From Narcine bancroftii (Eukaryota), in the NCBI RefSeq assembly GCF_036971445.1, contig NC_091479.1:95294001-95358000 (forward strand): DNA of 64,000 nucleotides, written 5' to 3'. Below, in pieces: positions 49,994-62,429 of the stretch. A model generated the notes under the pieces. That model was not told the DNA's origin. It searched no databases and was given only the letters and a program-made list of their open reading frames with translations. Position 1 is the stretch's first letter. Each line of letters opens with the position of its first letter. Made by a program: the position numbers and the translations under genes.

Positions 49994-50177
49994 TGTAGAG
50001 CTCGTCAAAAGAATCAAAGGCTTGTTGATCCAAACCAAGGCTTTTATTAGCAAAAGACAGGAGCTCTTCACAGGTGGCCGACCAGTCCGGAATGATCCGA
50101 CCTGGCTAGGGACACAACCCTTTAAGGCCCAGACAGTAGGCGTGGCTTAGCTCTCAGCCAATCGCTGTACTATCACA
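49994..50177 (-). mobile_element. Solo LTR (184 bp) with 5-bp TSD GTCCC
   Basis: TGT...ACA termini; GTCCC at 49989-49993 and 50178-50182; AATAAA on minus; interrupts an older repeat. Confidence 0.85.
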
Positions 50178-50704
50178 GTCCCGCAGCATCCATAGGAGAT
50201 AAAGATATATAACCAACATTTTGGACTGAGCACTTCGTCAAGGTATGGTAAGAGACCCAACCAGTCCCCCTCCACCACCACCTTCCTTTACCTAGCAGAA
50301 CTTGTTCTCACCCTTCATAACTTCTCCTTTGACTCATCCCTGATGAGTTTTCCCAGCATTGTGTTTTAAATTCCTTCACGGTGCCTGTAGACTTTCTTGT
50401 TTTACTGCAGTTGCTGGACATCAGGAATAAAAATAGAAATTGCTGGCAATACTCAGTAGGTCAGGCAGCATCCAACCCCCTTTTAAACTGCAGCACCTGG
50501 GTAGCCCTCCTGAGACCTGAGTGCCATTACTGGGGCAAAGGTGCTGCAAAAGTCACTTTATATTCGGCAAACAAGTTGATCCCTTTTTTATGGCTGTCCA
50601 GGCCTTCCAACAACAACCCCAAATTTTTTAAAAACACACCAATTGCAAAATAACAAAGCTGTAAATTACCGTAAGCAAGTTTTAAAAAAAACTTCAGCCT
50701 ACCG

Positions 50705-51170
50705 GGCAGGAGCGGGAACCTCGGCCTATGTAGTAGGAGTGGCAGCCTTGTTCTCTGGAGCAGGAGTTGGAACCTCGGACCTATGTGGCAGGAGTGGCGG
50801 CCTCGTTCTGTGGAGTAGGAGCAGTGGCCTCGTTCTCCCGGCAGGAGTTGGAACCTTGGACCTACATGGCAGGAACAGTGAGCTCATTCGCTGGAGCAAG
50901 AATGGCGGCCTTGTTCTCTGGAGCAGGAGTTGGAACCTCGGACCTACATGGCAGGAACAGTGAGCTCATTCGCTGGAGCAAGAGTGGCGGCCTTGTTCTC
51001 TGGAGCAGGAGTTGGAAACTCGGACCTATGTGTCAGGAGTGCGGCCTCGTTCTGTGGAGTAGGAGCAGCAGCCTCATTTGCCCAGCAGGAGTTGGAACCT
51101 TGGACCTACATGGCAGGAGCAGCGACCTCATTCTCTGGAGCAGGAGCAGTGACCTCGTTCTCCTGGCAGA
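50705..51170. repeat. Degenerate compound minisatellite (GCAGGAG-based), probably inside a Tc2/pogo-like MITE (~50669-56258) that hosts the Gypsy
   Basis: Recurring GGAGCAGGAGTTGGAACCTCGGACCTA; TA|CCGTA left end and AAGTCGACCC..TATTTGG|TA right end. Confidence 0.55.
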
Positions 51171-51605
51171 AGAGGCAACCTTGGGCTCCAGGATAGGAGC
51201 GGAGCCCTCAGGTTCTATAATTGTAGAATGTCGGGGTGGTTATGGTAGCGCCTGTCACATTTGTGGCCCGAAATGTGAAGTTAATGAAACATTAAACACA
51301 AGTTTTATCAGGTAAACTTCTGAGTGTCTTTATTCTCCCGTTTCCTTTGTTCTCCTGCTTGTGTTCTTATCTCTCTCTCATACCACGTGACTTCCGGTAC
51401 ATCTCATACATATTCATTATCATGACATCCCTCCTTTAATCAGAAATAAACTTTACTTTCATTTACCAATATCCCTCGGAAACTTACAAACATCGTAACT
51501 AATGGTAATACTATAACTCAACTACATAAAATTTACTTCCTACAGCACTCATACATGCACTTTAGGATATAAGATTAAAATACTGTCCCAAAGTTCTTAT
51601 TAAAA

Positions 51606-53204
51606 CTATGGCACAAAGTCTTCGTATCGTTTGGGCACTTTCCGGTTTCGTTTCGGCCTGCCTGCGATATTGTCGTCGCTTCTCGGTTGTTCACTCTCAG
51701 CGTCGGAAATACTGCTCGCATCGGCTTCGGGTGTTTCTGGCGCTCTAGTCACTTCATCAGGAGTGCTGGTAACTGCCTCTGGAACATCATCAGGTCTCTC
51801 AGTTTCAGCATCTCGTATTGGCCTTTCAACCTCTTCACTCGATGTATCTCTGGACTGGTACCTTTTTACACTTGATACATTTCTCTTATACAGGACTCCA
51901 GTCGGAGACTTGACTGTCACCATACTGCCACTTCTGGATACGACAGTATAGGGTTGATGGTAATAAGGTGTGTCTAGCTTACCACCAGTTTCATGCCTCA
52001 CTAGAACATTATCTCCTGGCATGATGTCTGAGTACTTGGCTCCACGTTTCGAATCTGTGTACAGCTTTGCTGCACCTTTCTTTTCAGCATCGTGGTCCCT
52101 CATCTCCTGGTCGTCTCGGATTTCCTTTATTTCTGGCATTTTTGTGTGGATTTTTCTCCCAAAAAATGCTTCTGCAGGACTTTTTCCAGTGGTTGCATGA
52201 GGCGTTGCTCGATAGACAGCCACATAAGATAGCAATGCTTCTCGCCAATTTTGTCCTTCTGCGTGTGCAATCTTCAATCGTTTTTCAATGGATTGATTTT
52301 GTCTCTCTACTTCTCCGTTGGCTTGCGGCCATTTCGGAGTTACTTTATGATGGTGGATACCTGTGGTCCTCATGTATTCCGCAAATGTCTCTGAAATGAA
52401 TTGTGGACCATTGTCAGAGTATAATGTAACAGGTAATCCATATCTTGCGAATATCTCTGCTAATGCTTGTATTGTTTTTTCAGTGGTTGTGGACTTCAAC
52501 ACCACGTACTCATAGTATCTGCTGTAGTAATCTATCACTACCATAGTTGATTCACCCGTCGGTAAAGGTCCAAGAAAATCAACAGCTACGTCGATCCATG
52601 GTCCTGTCGGAAGTTGCGTACTCCAGATCGGATCTGGCGGATTACTCCTACTTGTGATTTGACATCCGTGACAAGTTTTAACAAATCTCTCTGCGTCTTT
52701 ATCACAACCTGGCCACCATACCTTGGTCCTGAGGTTTTGCTTGGTACCAACAATACCTAGGTGTCCTTCATGCGCTAAGGATACGATCTTCGGTCTCAAT
52801 CTTTGCGGAATCACCAATCTGCAACCTCTTAATACACACTGTCCGATGCAACAAAGTTCGTCTCTAATGGGAATGTAAGCCTTGTGAGTACACTTGTCCC
52901 ATTGTCCACTCTGTATGCATTCTATTACTTCCATGAGTTCTGGATCACGTTCGGATTCTCTCTCGACTTCCTTCGTAGTCACAGCTTTCGGTGTCGCCTG
53001 AATAGCTACGAAGCGTACAAAGCTCTCTGTTTCTGTTCCCAATTCTGACTTGGATTGTGGACCACCAACCTTCACCAATCTGGACAGCGGATCAGCAATG
53101 TTTGCTTTCCCTGCAATGTGGATTACTTTATATTTATAGGGTTGTAGTCTGAGTACCCATCTTTCTATTCTGGCACATGGTTTGGATCTAGGTGCATAGA
53201 TCAC
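51606..53204 (-). pseudogene. Gypsy RNaseH end and integrase (continuation of pol)
   Basis: HEGHLG...CHGC zinc-binding domain; DDE motifs VDFLGP, SDNGPQF, NGEVER; no stops over 532 codons. Confidence 0.93.
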
Positions 53205-53206
53205 CT

Positions 53207-55696
53207 CTAATGGCTTATGATCTGTGATGAGTTCAAATTCAATAAATATGCATGGATCCTCTCACAGGCCCATACAAGTCCGAGTGCTTCTTTCTCTGTC
53301 TGAGAGTATCTTCTTTCCACATCTGATAACGATCTGCTGGCATAGGCAATGATTCTTGGTCCTCCATCATGCATCTGGACCAACACGGCTCCTAAACCAA
53401 CCGGGCTGGCATCCGCTATGACTTTGGTTGATGCCGCCGGATCGTAATATCCAAGAGTTTTTGCATCTGTCAGGCTTTGCTTCAGCGCTGTGAACGCTTT
53501 CTTCTGCTCAGATCCAAAATGAAATGGTACACCTTTCCTGGTTAGTTTCCTTAGTGGTTCTGCCACTGTAGCGAAATTAGGAATGAACTTTGCACAAAAA
53601 TTGACTAATCCCAGGAAACTCCTCACCTCCGTTGCGTTCTGAGGTGCACGTGCCTCTTTAATAGCTTTCACCTTGGTCTCTGCAGGGTTTAGTCCTTTCC
53701 GTGTAAGTCTGTGTCCCACGAAGTCCACTTCTGACACACCAAACTGGCACTTGTTTCCATTCACGGTAAGGCCTGCTTCCTGTAGTCTAGATAGTACACA
53801 CCTCAACCGTTTGTCATGCTCTCCCTTCGTTGGTGCATGGACTATGATGTCGTCAGAAATGTTGGCAACTCCAGGAATGCCTTGAATCACTCGATGGATT
53901 TCATACTGGTAGATCTCCGAAGCTGCATTAATTCCAAATGATAGTCTCTTGTAATGATACAAACCACAGTGAGTCACAAATGTAGTTACATCTCGGGAAC
54001 CTGGATCCAGCTCTAATTGATGATAGCCCCATTTCAGATCAATTTTTGAGAATACCTTGCTGGTAGTTAGTTCTTGAAGTATTTCCTCCACTGTTGGTAT
54101 AGGGTGCCGTTCTCTAATTATAGCTTCATTGGCCATTCTCATGTCAACACATAGTCTTATGTTACCCTTTGGTTTGGGCACAATCACTACGGGACTGACC
54201 CATTGTGTCGAATGTTCCACCGGTTCAATAATGTCTTGTTCGATCAATTCTTTAATTTTGGCTTCGACTTTCCCACGAAGTCCAAATGGAGTTCGGCGCA
54301 TTGGTTGTGCCTTGGGTTTGACCTTTTCATCTACCGCTAGCTTCAATTGTCGACCTTTCAGCTTTCCTACTCCTTGGAAGACTGCGGGGAATTCTTGCTT
54401 CATATCCTCGTATGACTGAATTGAATTGACACAAGCTCCAATATGAAGTATTGCCAGGTCTTGCGCTGTGCTTCTACTCAGCAATGGTTCTCCCCTCTCT
54501 TCTATGACCATAAACTCTGCTTCGGTGTACTTATCTCCAGCTTCAACAGTTGCAGTAAAACATCCAATGGTCTGCAATGGCTTGGTTGCTGTGTATGGAT
54601 ACAGTTTCTTGGAACACTTCTTTGAGGTACAGATGATCTTTTTCCTTTTCAACTTCTCCCATAAATGTCGATCAATCACATTACTGTCACTGCCTGAGTC
54701 TACAATGACCTGCACTGTCACTCCACCAATGATCACTGGGACCTTCTCATGATGTACTTCATTCAACGTAAATTGGTAACAACTCTGTCCCTCCTGGGTA
54801 TCATCATCGTCACCGTCTATCTGGCGAATGGTATCTTTCTTTCCAGGATACTTTCCTTTCCCCCAGGCTTTGCCTTTGGAAGTTGTACTCTTCCTCTTCT
54901 GGTCTGCATTGGACTTGCTTTTGCACTTCTTTGCAAAGTGGTCCTTACCTCCACACTTTCTGCAAACTTTGCCTTTGGCCGGGCAACATGGGTCTTTTCC
55001 AAAGTGACCTCGGTTTCCACATCGATAACACTCCACGTCCTGTGTCGGTGTATATCTTGGCTGGTTATGGCGATGTGAGAGCCTCTTAATTTGCTGGCTT
55101 GAGTTGTCTTTCAGGGTCATGGTATGAAATTGCCCTTCAACAGCCTCTAATGCAGCAGCAATGGTTAAAGCATCGGTGAGTTCCAACTCACTCCCTCTTT
55201 CCAGTAGACGTCTTCTGAGTTTATCTGATCTGCAGTGCTGTACAACTTGATCCAATAATTGGTTGTCCAAATCAGTTGGCATGTAATTGCATCCAACAGC
55301 TAGCTGGCGTAGTCTCGTCATGTACTGAGCAATTGTCTGGCCATCTTCTTGTCTCGTTCTCCGAAACAAATGGCATTGAAATGTAGCATTTGGTGTCACT
55401 ACATAGTGTGCATTTAATGCATCTACCGCTTTCCGGTACTCATCCTTTCTTCCAGTATTTAAAAGTGTCTTAAATGTTGCTCGAACAGCGGGTCCTGCAG
55501 TGAAAAGAAGTAACGCCCTTCTCTGCGCTTTTTGTTCAACTGTACCGGTATCTAGAAATAGGCCATGACTGTCGGCGTAGGATTCAAATTCTTCCAGCCA
55601 TGCTTTCCACTTCACACTTACAGTACTTGCATCACCAGTCGGGTCAAAATGAGCAATCCCACTATGTGTTAGAAAGTCACTGTCTGCACTAGCCAT
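53207..55696 (-). pseudogene. Gypsy gag-PR-RT-RNaseH, frameshifted in RNaseH
   Basis: Two Cys/His knuckles (CYRCGNRGH..., CRKCGGKDHFAKKC), protease VDSGS, RT DLKWGYHQ/ISDD, RNaseH DASPVGLG and YSQTEKE. A small deletion near 53240 shifts the frame before FELITDHKPL. Confidence 0.92.
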
Positions 55697-56819
55697 GAGG
55701 AAATATTCCAGCCCCAAAAGTACTGAGACAAAGAGAAAATTCTTATCACCTTGAAGTTGTCTGTAATCCTCTGTAATCTTGTTTAGTCTTTAATTTTCTT
55801 CAAGCTTCTTTCATCCTCGTCGCCAATGTCACATTTGTGGCCTGAAATGTGAAGTTAATGAAACATTAAACACAAGTTTTATCAGGTAAACTTTTCCAAG
55901 TCTTTTTATTTTCCAGTTTCCCTTTGTTCTCTTGCTTGTGTTCTTATCTCTCTCTCATACCACGTGACTTCCGGTACATCTCATACATATTCATTATCAT
56001 GACAGCGCCTGGCAGTGGGGAGGAGTCAGGGAAAGGGAGGTGCTTCCAGGGTCGACTAATATACCAAATTGGCGATTCTAGGGTCAATTCATACACTGAA
56101 TTGGCGATTCCAAGGTTGACATACACTGCATTGGAGTCAAACAGTTTTTGACCTGAATTTAAGGTCTTAAAAGTATACCTGGCATACAAGTCGACCCTCA
56201 TTTTTTTGGAGTGATTTTTGAGGGTTTTACGTCTCGAGTTATATGGTGAAATATTTGGTAATTTAAAATTGCTTCAATTAAAATGGTTAGTTGTCAATTA
56301 AGAAGTAAAAGAGAAAATCTGTAGACACAGTGGTTGAAGTAAAAAAACACAAAGCTGGAGAAACTCAATAGGTCAAATAGTGTCCTTTATGTAGCAAAGG
56401 TAAAAATACAGAACTGGTTTTCAATTAATTTGTTAATTGAAAAGAAAGCCTGTAAGTTGTTAGTTATTCTGAGAACTGCATGGAAGCTATACCATGTTCA
56501 ATTACCCAGTGTTGGTGGTGTGAGTTTTAAACATGTACCAACTTTTGAACTTCTGTGTTTATTCCATTACATTTCTAAGTGGGCCTGCATTTGTATAAAT
56601 CAGTTTGATATCAACAAATCATATATATTTTTTATATTTTTTGCAAACATCCATTTGGTTCATTGATGCTTGAGGAAAGAAAATGTATCATAATTTAAAA
56701 ATCTGTAGATACTGGAAATTTCAAATTAAAACAGAAATGTGATACAGCATCAGTGGTAAAATAAATGGAGACGTGTGAAAAGGTATGGAACTCTTGCTTC
56801 TTTTTGAGTTGGAGTCAGG

Positions 56820-58780
56820 AGGGTGCAATTGAGTTAATTGATAAGGGCTGGGGAGCAATTGAGATAATAGATGAAGACATATAAAAAGAGGGACAGCTGT
56901 TAAAGCAGCCAGTGATGGAATGGCTCAGAGAGGAGTGTTGTGGCTCTGTTGAGTTGTGGCTCTGTTGAGTTGTGGCTCTGTTGAGTTGTGGCTCTGTTGA
57001 GTTGTGGCTCTGTTGAGTTGTGGCTCTGTTGAGTTGTGGCTCTGTTGAGTTGTGGCTCTGTTGAGTTGTGGCTCTGTTGAGTTGTGGCTCTGTTGAGTTG
57101 TGGCTCTGTTGAGTTGTGGCTCTGTTGAGTTGTGGCTCTGTTGAGTTGTGGCTCTGTTGAGTTGTGGCTCTGTTGAGTTGTGGCTCTGTTGAGTTGTGGC
57201 TCTGTTGAGTTGTGGCTCTGTTGAGTTGTGGCTCTGTTGAGTTGTGGCTCTGTTGAGTTGTGGCTCTGTTGAGTTGTGGCTCTGTTGAGTTGTGGCTCTG
57301 TTGAGTTGTGGCTGAGGAGGTGTTCACTCCCAGTAAGAGTGGTAAGTTTCTTTAATTAACTGAGAAATTGGGTAATGGTGGCAAGTCAGGGACAACACAT
57401 TTGCTGCAGCTGGATGAACTTTGGATCATTTGGCAGACAGAGACCGAGATAGAGAGGAGTTTTAGGGAGATAGTCATGCTTAAGAGCCAAGAGGCAGGCA
57501 ACTAGGCAGGTGACTGTCAGGAGAGGCAAGGGGAAGAGGCAGAAGAAAAAGGAGTAGAGCACCCCTTGTGTCTGTTAGTAGTAGGTAAATTATTGGAAGG
57601 AGTTCTGAGAAACAGGATCTTTAGGTACTTGGACAGCCATGGGATGATTAAGGACAGTCAGCATAGCTTTGTGCATGGTAAGTCATGTTTAACAAATCTG
57701 GCAGAGTTTTTCAAGGAAGTTAACAAGAAGGTGGATGAAAGAAAGGCTGTGGATGTTGACTACATGGACTTTAGTAAGGCCTTTAACAAGGTCCCACGTG
57801 GGAGGTTGTGGTAGTGGATGCTTGTTTCTCAGACTGGAGGCCTGTGATGAGTGGTGTGCCTCAGGGATCTGTGTTGGGACCATTGTTGTTTGTCTATATC
57901 AATGATCTTTGCTGATGACGCAAAGGTAGGTGTAGTGGACAGTGAGGAAGGTTTTCAAAGTGTGCAGAGGGATCTGGACCAGCTGGGAGAATGGGCCAGT
58001 AAATGGATGATGGCATTTAATACAGACAAGTATGAGGTCTTGCATTTTGCAAGAGCGAATCAAGGAAGGATGTGCACTGCAAATGGTAGGGCATTGAGGA
58101 GTGTGGAGGAGCAGAGAGACCTGGGAATAGAGGTACTTTGTTCCCTGAAGGTGGTGTTATAGGTGGATAGGGTTGTAAAGAAGGCTTTTGACATCTTGTC
58201 CTTTAAAAATCAGAGTATTGAGTATCAGAGTTGGGATGTTATGGCGAGGTTGTATAAGACATTGGTGAGGCCAAATTTGGAATATTGTGTGCAGTTCTGG
58301 TTGCCTAGTTACAATAAAATTGAGAGAGTGCAGAGATTTATTATGATGTTGCTGGATCTTCAGGAGTGGAGTTACAGGGAAAGATTAAACAAGTTAGGAC
58401 TCTATTCCTTGGAATGAAGAAGAATAAAAGGAGATTTGATAGAGGTTTACAAAATTGAGAGGTGGAGACAGTAAATGTGAGTAAGCTCTTTCCATTGAGA
58501 TTGGGAGAGAAATATGAGAGGACATGGTTTTAAGGGGAAAGGTTTAGGGGAACATTAGAGGGAACTTCTTCACAGAGAGTGGTGGGCGTGTGGCACAAGC
58601 TGCCATCTGATGTGGGTGCAAACTTGATCTTGAGTCTTAAGAATAAATTGGATAAATACATGGATGAGAGGTCTGGAGGGTTGTGGAGTGGGAGCAGGTT
58701 ATTGGGACTAGCTGAACAATCTTCAGTACAGACTAGAAGGGCTGAATGGCCTGGCTTCTGTGCAGTAGCATTCCATGGCT
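56820..58780 (+). mobile_element. Internally deleted CR1 LINE in TMEM117 intron
   Basis: QHSF..GKSCLTNL, YMDFSKAF.KVP, IFADD, LYKTLVRPNLEYCVQFW and CR1 3' UTR. Confidence 0.85.
56937..57313. repeat. Perfect 16-bp minisatellite (GTTGTGGCTCTGTTGA)x23.5
   Basis: Directly visible; lies in the CR1 5' region. Confidence 0.97.
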
Positions 58781-61700
58781 CTAAGTCAGAAACCTGATTT
58801 AAGTTGTCTTTTCCCACAGATGCTGCCTGACGTGCTGAGTACTTCCAGCATTTTGTTTCTTTCAAATTTCTAGCACATGCAGTTTATATATTTTATTTTC
58901 AAAGAAATCTACAATCCTTCCCCATTGTGGGCTAATTCTGCAACTGGCAGACTGACAAGAAACAACAAAACCATTTGCCATCTTTACGCATTCTGACTTG
59001 GATACAAGTTTGTCAGTGTAGTTTATTCAGTACAGAGGGACCTGGGGAAGGAGGCAATTGTCAGTTTTGTCTGCAGAATCACTGAAAAGAACAGCATTGC
59101 TGGATTTTGTGTGTGTTAAATGGACAATTCTGAATTCATCACTGTGTTTGAATGAGCTCATTGTTGTCGACAGAACTAGAAATGGGTCCTTCAGCACAAC
59201 ATGTCTGTGATGCCCATCTACACTAAACCTCATTTGCCTGCATTAGGCTCTATTCCTTTCCTATTGATACCTGTTCAAATGCCTTTTTTTTGTGTTAAAG
59301 TGGACTTTTGGTTGTTTGAAAACAAACACGAATACACTTACACAAACAGATTTGTAATCACCTTAAAGCGCAAGAACTTCTTTGCAGCATGAAGCACTAA
59401 CCATTAGCAGCTTGTTTCACTGTCCACGTAGTTTGCCTCATGGTTTACAAATCATGTGTTTTTGTACCTTCAGACTCCTAGGGTTCTAGAGTATTCATAC
59501 AGACTGCTCCATATCAGTACATATTCCTTGGAATTCTCTTGGGATTTGTTAATCAGGATTGTGTCCCTTACCCATTGGTTAAGTCTTTTACTATCTTACC
59601 AAATAAGGAGTTTCAGCTGATAACAAGAAAGAATGGATTGCAGCCTTCATCTGCGTTCCAGTCAGTATTTTAAGTTATATCCTCACTTGTATCTGCCTCC
59701 ACAACTTCCTATGGGAGCTTGTTCTAATTGACCATCACCCTCTGCGTGGCTTTCAAGATCTTTAGATTCCTCCCCCCCCCTCCCCCCAATCCCCGCCTCA
59801 ACCTCAGGAAAGAACTCTGGCTATTTGTCCTATCCATACCCCTCATAATTTTATAAACCTTCAGGAGGTCACCTCTTGCCCTCCTACATTCCAGATACTG
59901 GGAGAAACTTTCAGATTAGAATAAAAAATGTTCAATTAATTCAGAGTTAAAATGCAATCACTCTCTCGCCACCATATCCCTTGCCTGGTCTTTTTTTAAT
60001 CACATTTCTATGGTTATCAAATATTTTGTTTGAGGTGCTATGTGCAGATTAGAAATGTATGGATTTGTTGTTTACTGTTTAGAATGGAAACTTCTAGATA
60101 TGCTTGCATTGTTGTAATATAGCTCCCCCAATTTCTGGCCGTATTATTGTTTAACAGTGTTAAAGGCAGGAGACATGCAATTGTATAAATTTATAATTGC
60201 AGTATTAATATTTGCCTAATAATTGGTAGATTTTGTCCAAAAAATTAATACCATGGGTAAATAGTACAGTGCTGGAAACATCAAACCCTTTTCGATTGGA
60301 CAGTATTGCTAGAGAGACTGAGTTTGTGTTTCAGGCTATTGGTCTTTCATCAGAACTGGAGATGTTGGATGTTGGGGCAGGCTTCAAGCAAGAGCAATGC
60401 CAGAGTAAAGTTTCAGTGAAGAACCGATCTAAAGGGAATTTTTGTGATGGGTTGAAATATTCTGGTTGACCTGATAAAGATCCTCCTTGGAGTACAAGTG
60501 CTCAACTTGTGGACAACCCATACATATAAATGAGCATTTAGGAGCCTGGTGGATTGGGATTCATTTGCTGGTTGGTTTAGAACATCTTCTGCCAGTTGGC
60601 GAGGGGGAATTTTGCTGTAGCTTTACTGATCTGGTGCCGGATTCCAGTGGAGGACAGCTGGGATGACTGATGGCTCATTCAGTGAGGCCAGTTAGCAGGC
60701 ACTCATCCTGTGCCTGTTCATTCTCCCATCACAGTTGCTCCTGTGAACCTTTCATGTGCACGTTTTGTTCATTTCTGACTTGTGAACAGTTCCTGGGAAC
60801 AGAATCCTATCATAATCTGGGGACTTCTGGTAATTACTCAAGATTTTTTTATTGTCACATAATAAAACAGATCTAATGTTACACAAAATTTCCTTTATCC
60901 TAATGTAAGGCAGACAAAGATTCGCCATCAGTAGAGATTGCCCTGCCCCCCCTTACAGTCAGAGAAATAGAGGCAAAAGAGTTCCCCCACCCCCCTCAAC
61001 GGTAACTGAGCCGCAGAGACTTCAGTCCAAGCCATCAGCAATCCGAGCTCCAGATCCAAACCTTTGTCAGTAAGCCCATTCCAAATTTCCTGGTGTCAAA
61101 TTGTGGTCTGTGGATTGCTGTTCATTAAATGGATTCTCCTGGTGTAGTACAAATCTGCAAGGATCCTACCTGAGGGAAAATGCACTTTGGGGTCTTCCAT
61201 GGGCCAAAGAAAATAATGGATGCCTTGAGCTCACCACTGGACTGGACAGGAACCTGAGCAGCTACAAAGGTTATGATAATGCAGGAGATGGCAGAAGGAG
61301 TTCATTCTGGATAAGTGTCGATGATGCATTTTAGAAGGTCTCACCAGAAGGCTGAATATAGGGTTAATGGTTGGATATTTAATAACGGGGACCTTGGGGG
61401 GGGGGGGGGGGGTCCAAATCCATACATCAAGATTGCCACGCAGGTCGGCCTCTGCTACTGGATGAAATGTTTTTTTTTTTTGCAGAGATGTCATTGATTT
61501 GTGCTTTTGAACATGATTCTGGGTGGAGGGAAGTGATTTAAACAAAACCTGCTGTCAGTTGCTCATTTAGCTTGGTAGATTTTCATGGTTGTGCTCTATT
61601 TGTTCTGAGGCCGCAATAAAAATCATCAGGAGCACATAACTGAGCCAATTGGCATCCCACTCATCCACTTTATAGGTTGCCATGACAGTGACAAAGGTTG

Positions 61701-62299
61701 TTCTTTCGAATGCCTTGAGGTACCTGCTGTTCTGGGAATTGATCACAATAATTCTGCATTGAACAATTCTAACGTGACACCTGCAGCAGGTTTGCCCATT
61801 ACAATAGGTTCTGGATTGTACTTGATGTATTGTTACACAAAAATGTAATCGAGAACAATTATTTAATCCTTGAATTGCAATTTAATTTAAAAAATCTTGC
61901 ATAATTGTGCAGATAATGAAAAATTTATCGTATACTCGTGTAAAAGTTATCTCTCCCCCTGCCCCCTTATTTTTGGCCAGCCCTACATCTCATGTCAAAG
62001 GTCGACTCTAGTCTCTTGCCCTGGCCACCTGCCCAACAGAGCTCCCAATGCCTTGGTTGTGAAATCACACCTTAGCTGCCCACTGATCAGAATTCCCAAC
62101 ATCTCGGATGCTGGTACTTAGCGCCGTTCCCTCTCTGTGGTAGGATGTGTGTGTTTTGATGCACAGATTATTATTGCTTTAATTCATTGTGTTTTTGTTC
62201 TTTATTCTTTGAGATAATTTGGACTTCTACTGATGTGGTGTTTGGATTCTAGTCTGAATTTCAGCCCTTCTAAAGTAACATAATGAGTCAATTATGATT

Positions 62300-62429
62300 A
62301 AGTGGTTTTCAAACTTTCTTTCCACTCACATACCATCTTAAGCAATCCCTTACTAATCACAGAGCACCTATGGCATAGGGAATACTTAAAATGGTATGTG
62401 AGTGGAAAGAAAATGGTTGAGAACCACTG
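62300..62429. mobile_element. hAT-Charlie-like MITE, second copy
   Basis: Shares CCCTTACTAATCACAGAGCACC core and termini with 23739-23874. Confidence 0.7.

Larger units (their letters stand above)
51253..56004 (-). mobile_element. Full-length Ty3/Gypsy LTR retrotransposon (Mag-like)
   Basis: LTRs 55827-56004 and 51253-51427 (TGTCA...TGACA), 5-bp TSD GCGCC (51248-51252, 56005-56009), PBS TGGCGACGAGGATG (tRNA-Ser-like), PPT AAAGGAGGGA next to the 3' LTR. Confidence 0.97.

Noticed and set aside
56815-57327. 170-aa repetitive ORF
   Set aside because: 16-bp tandem repeat.
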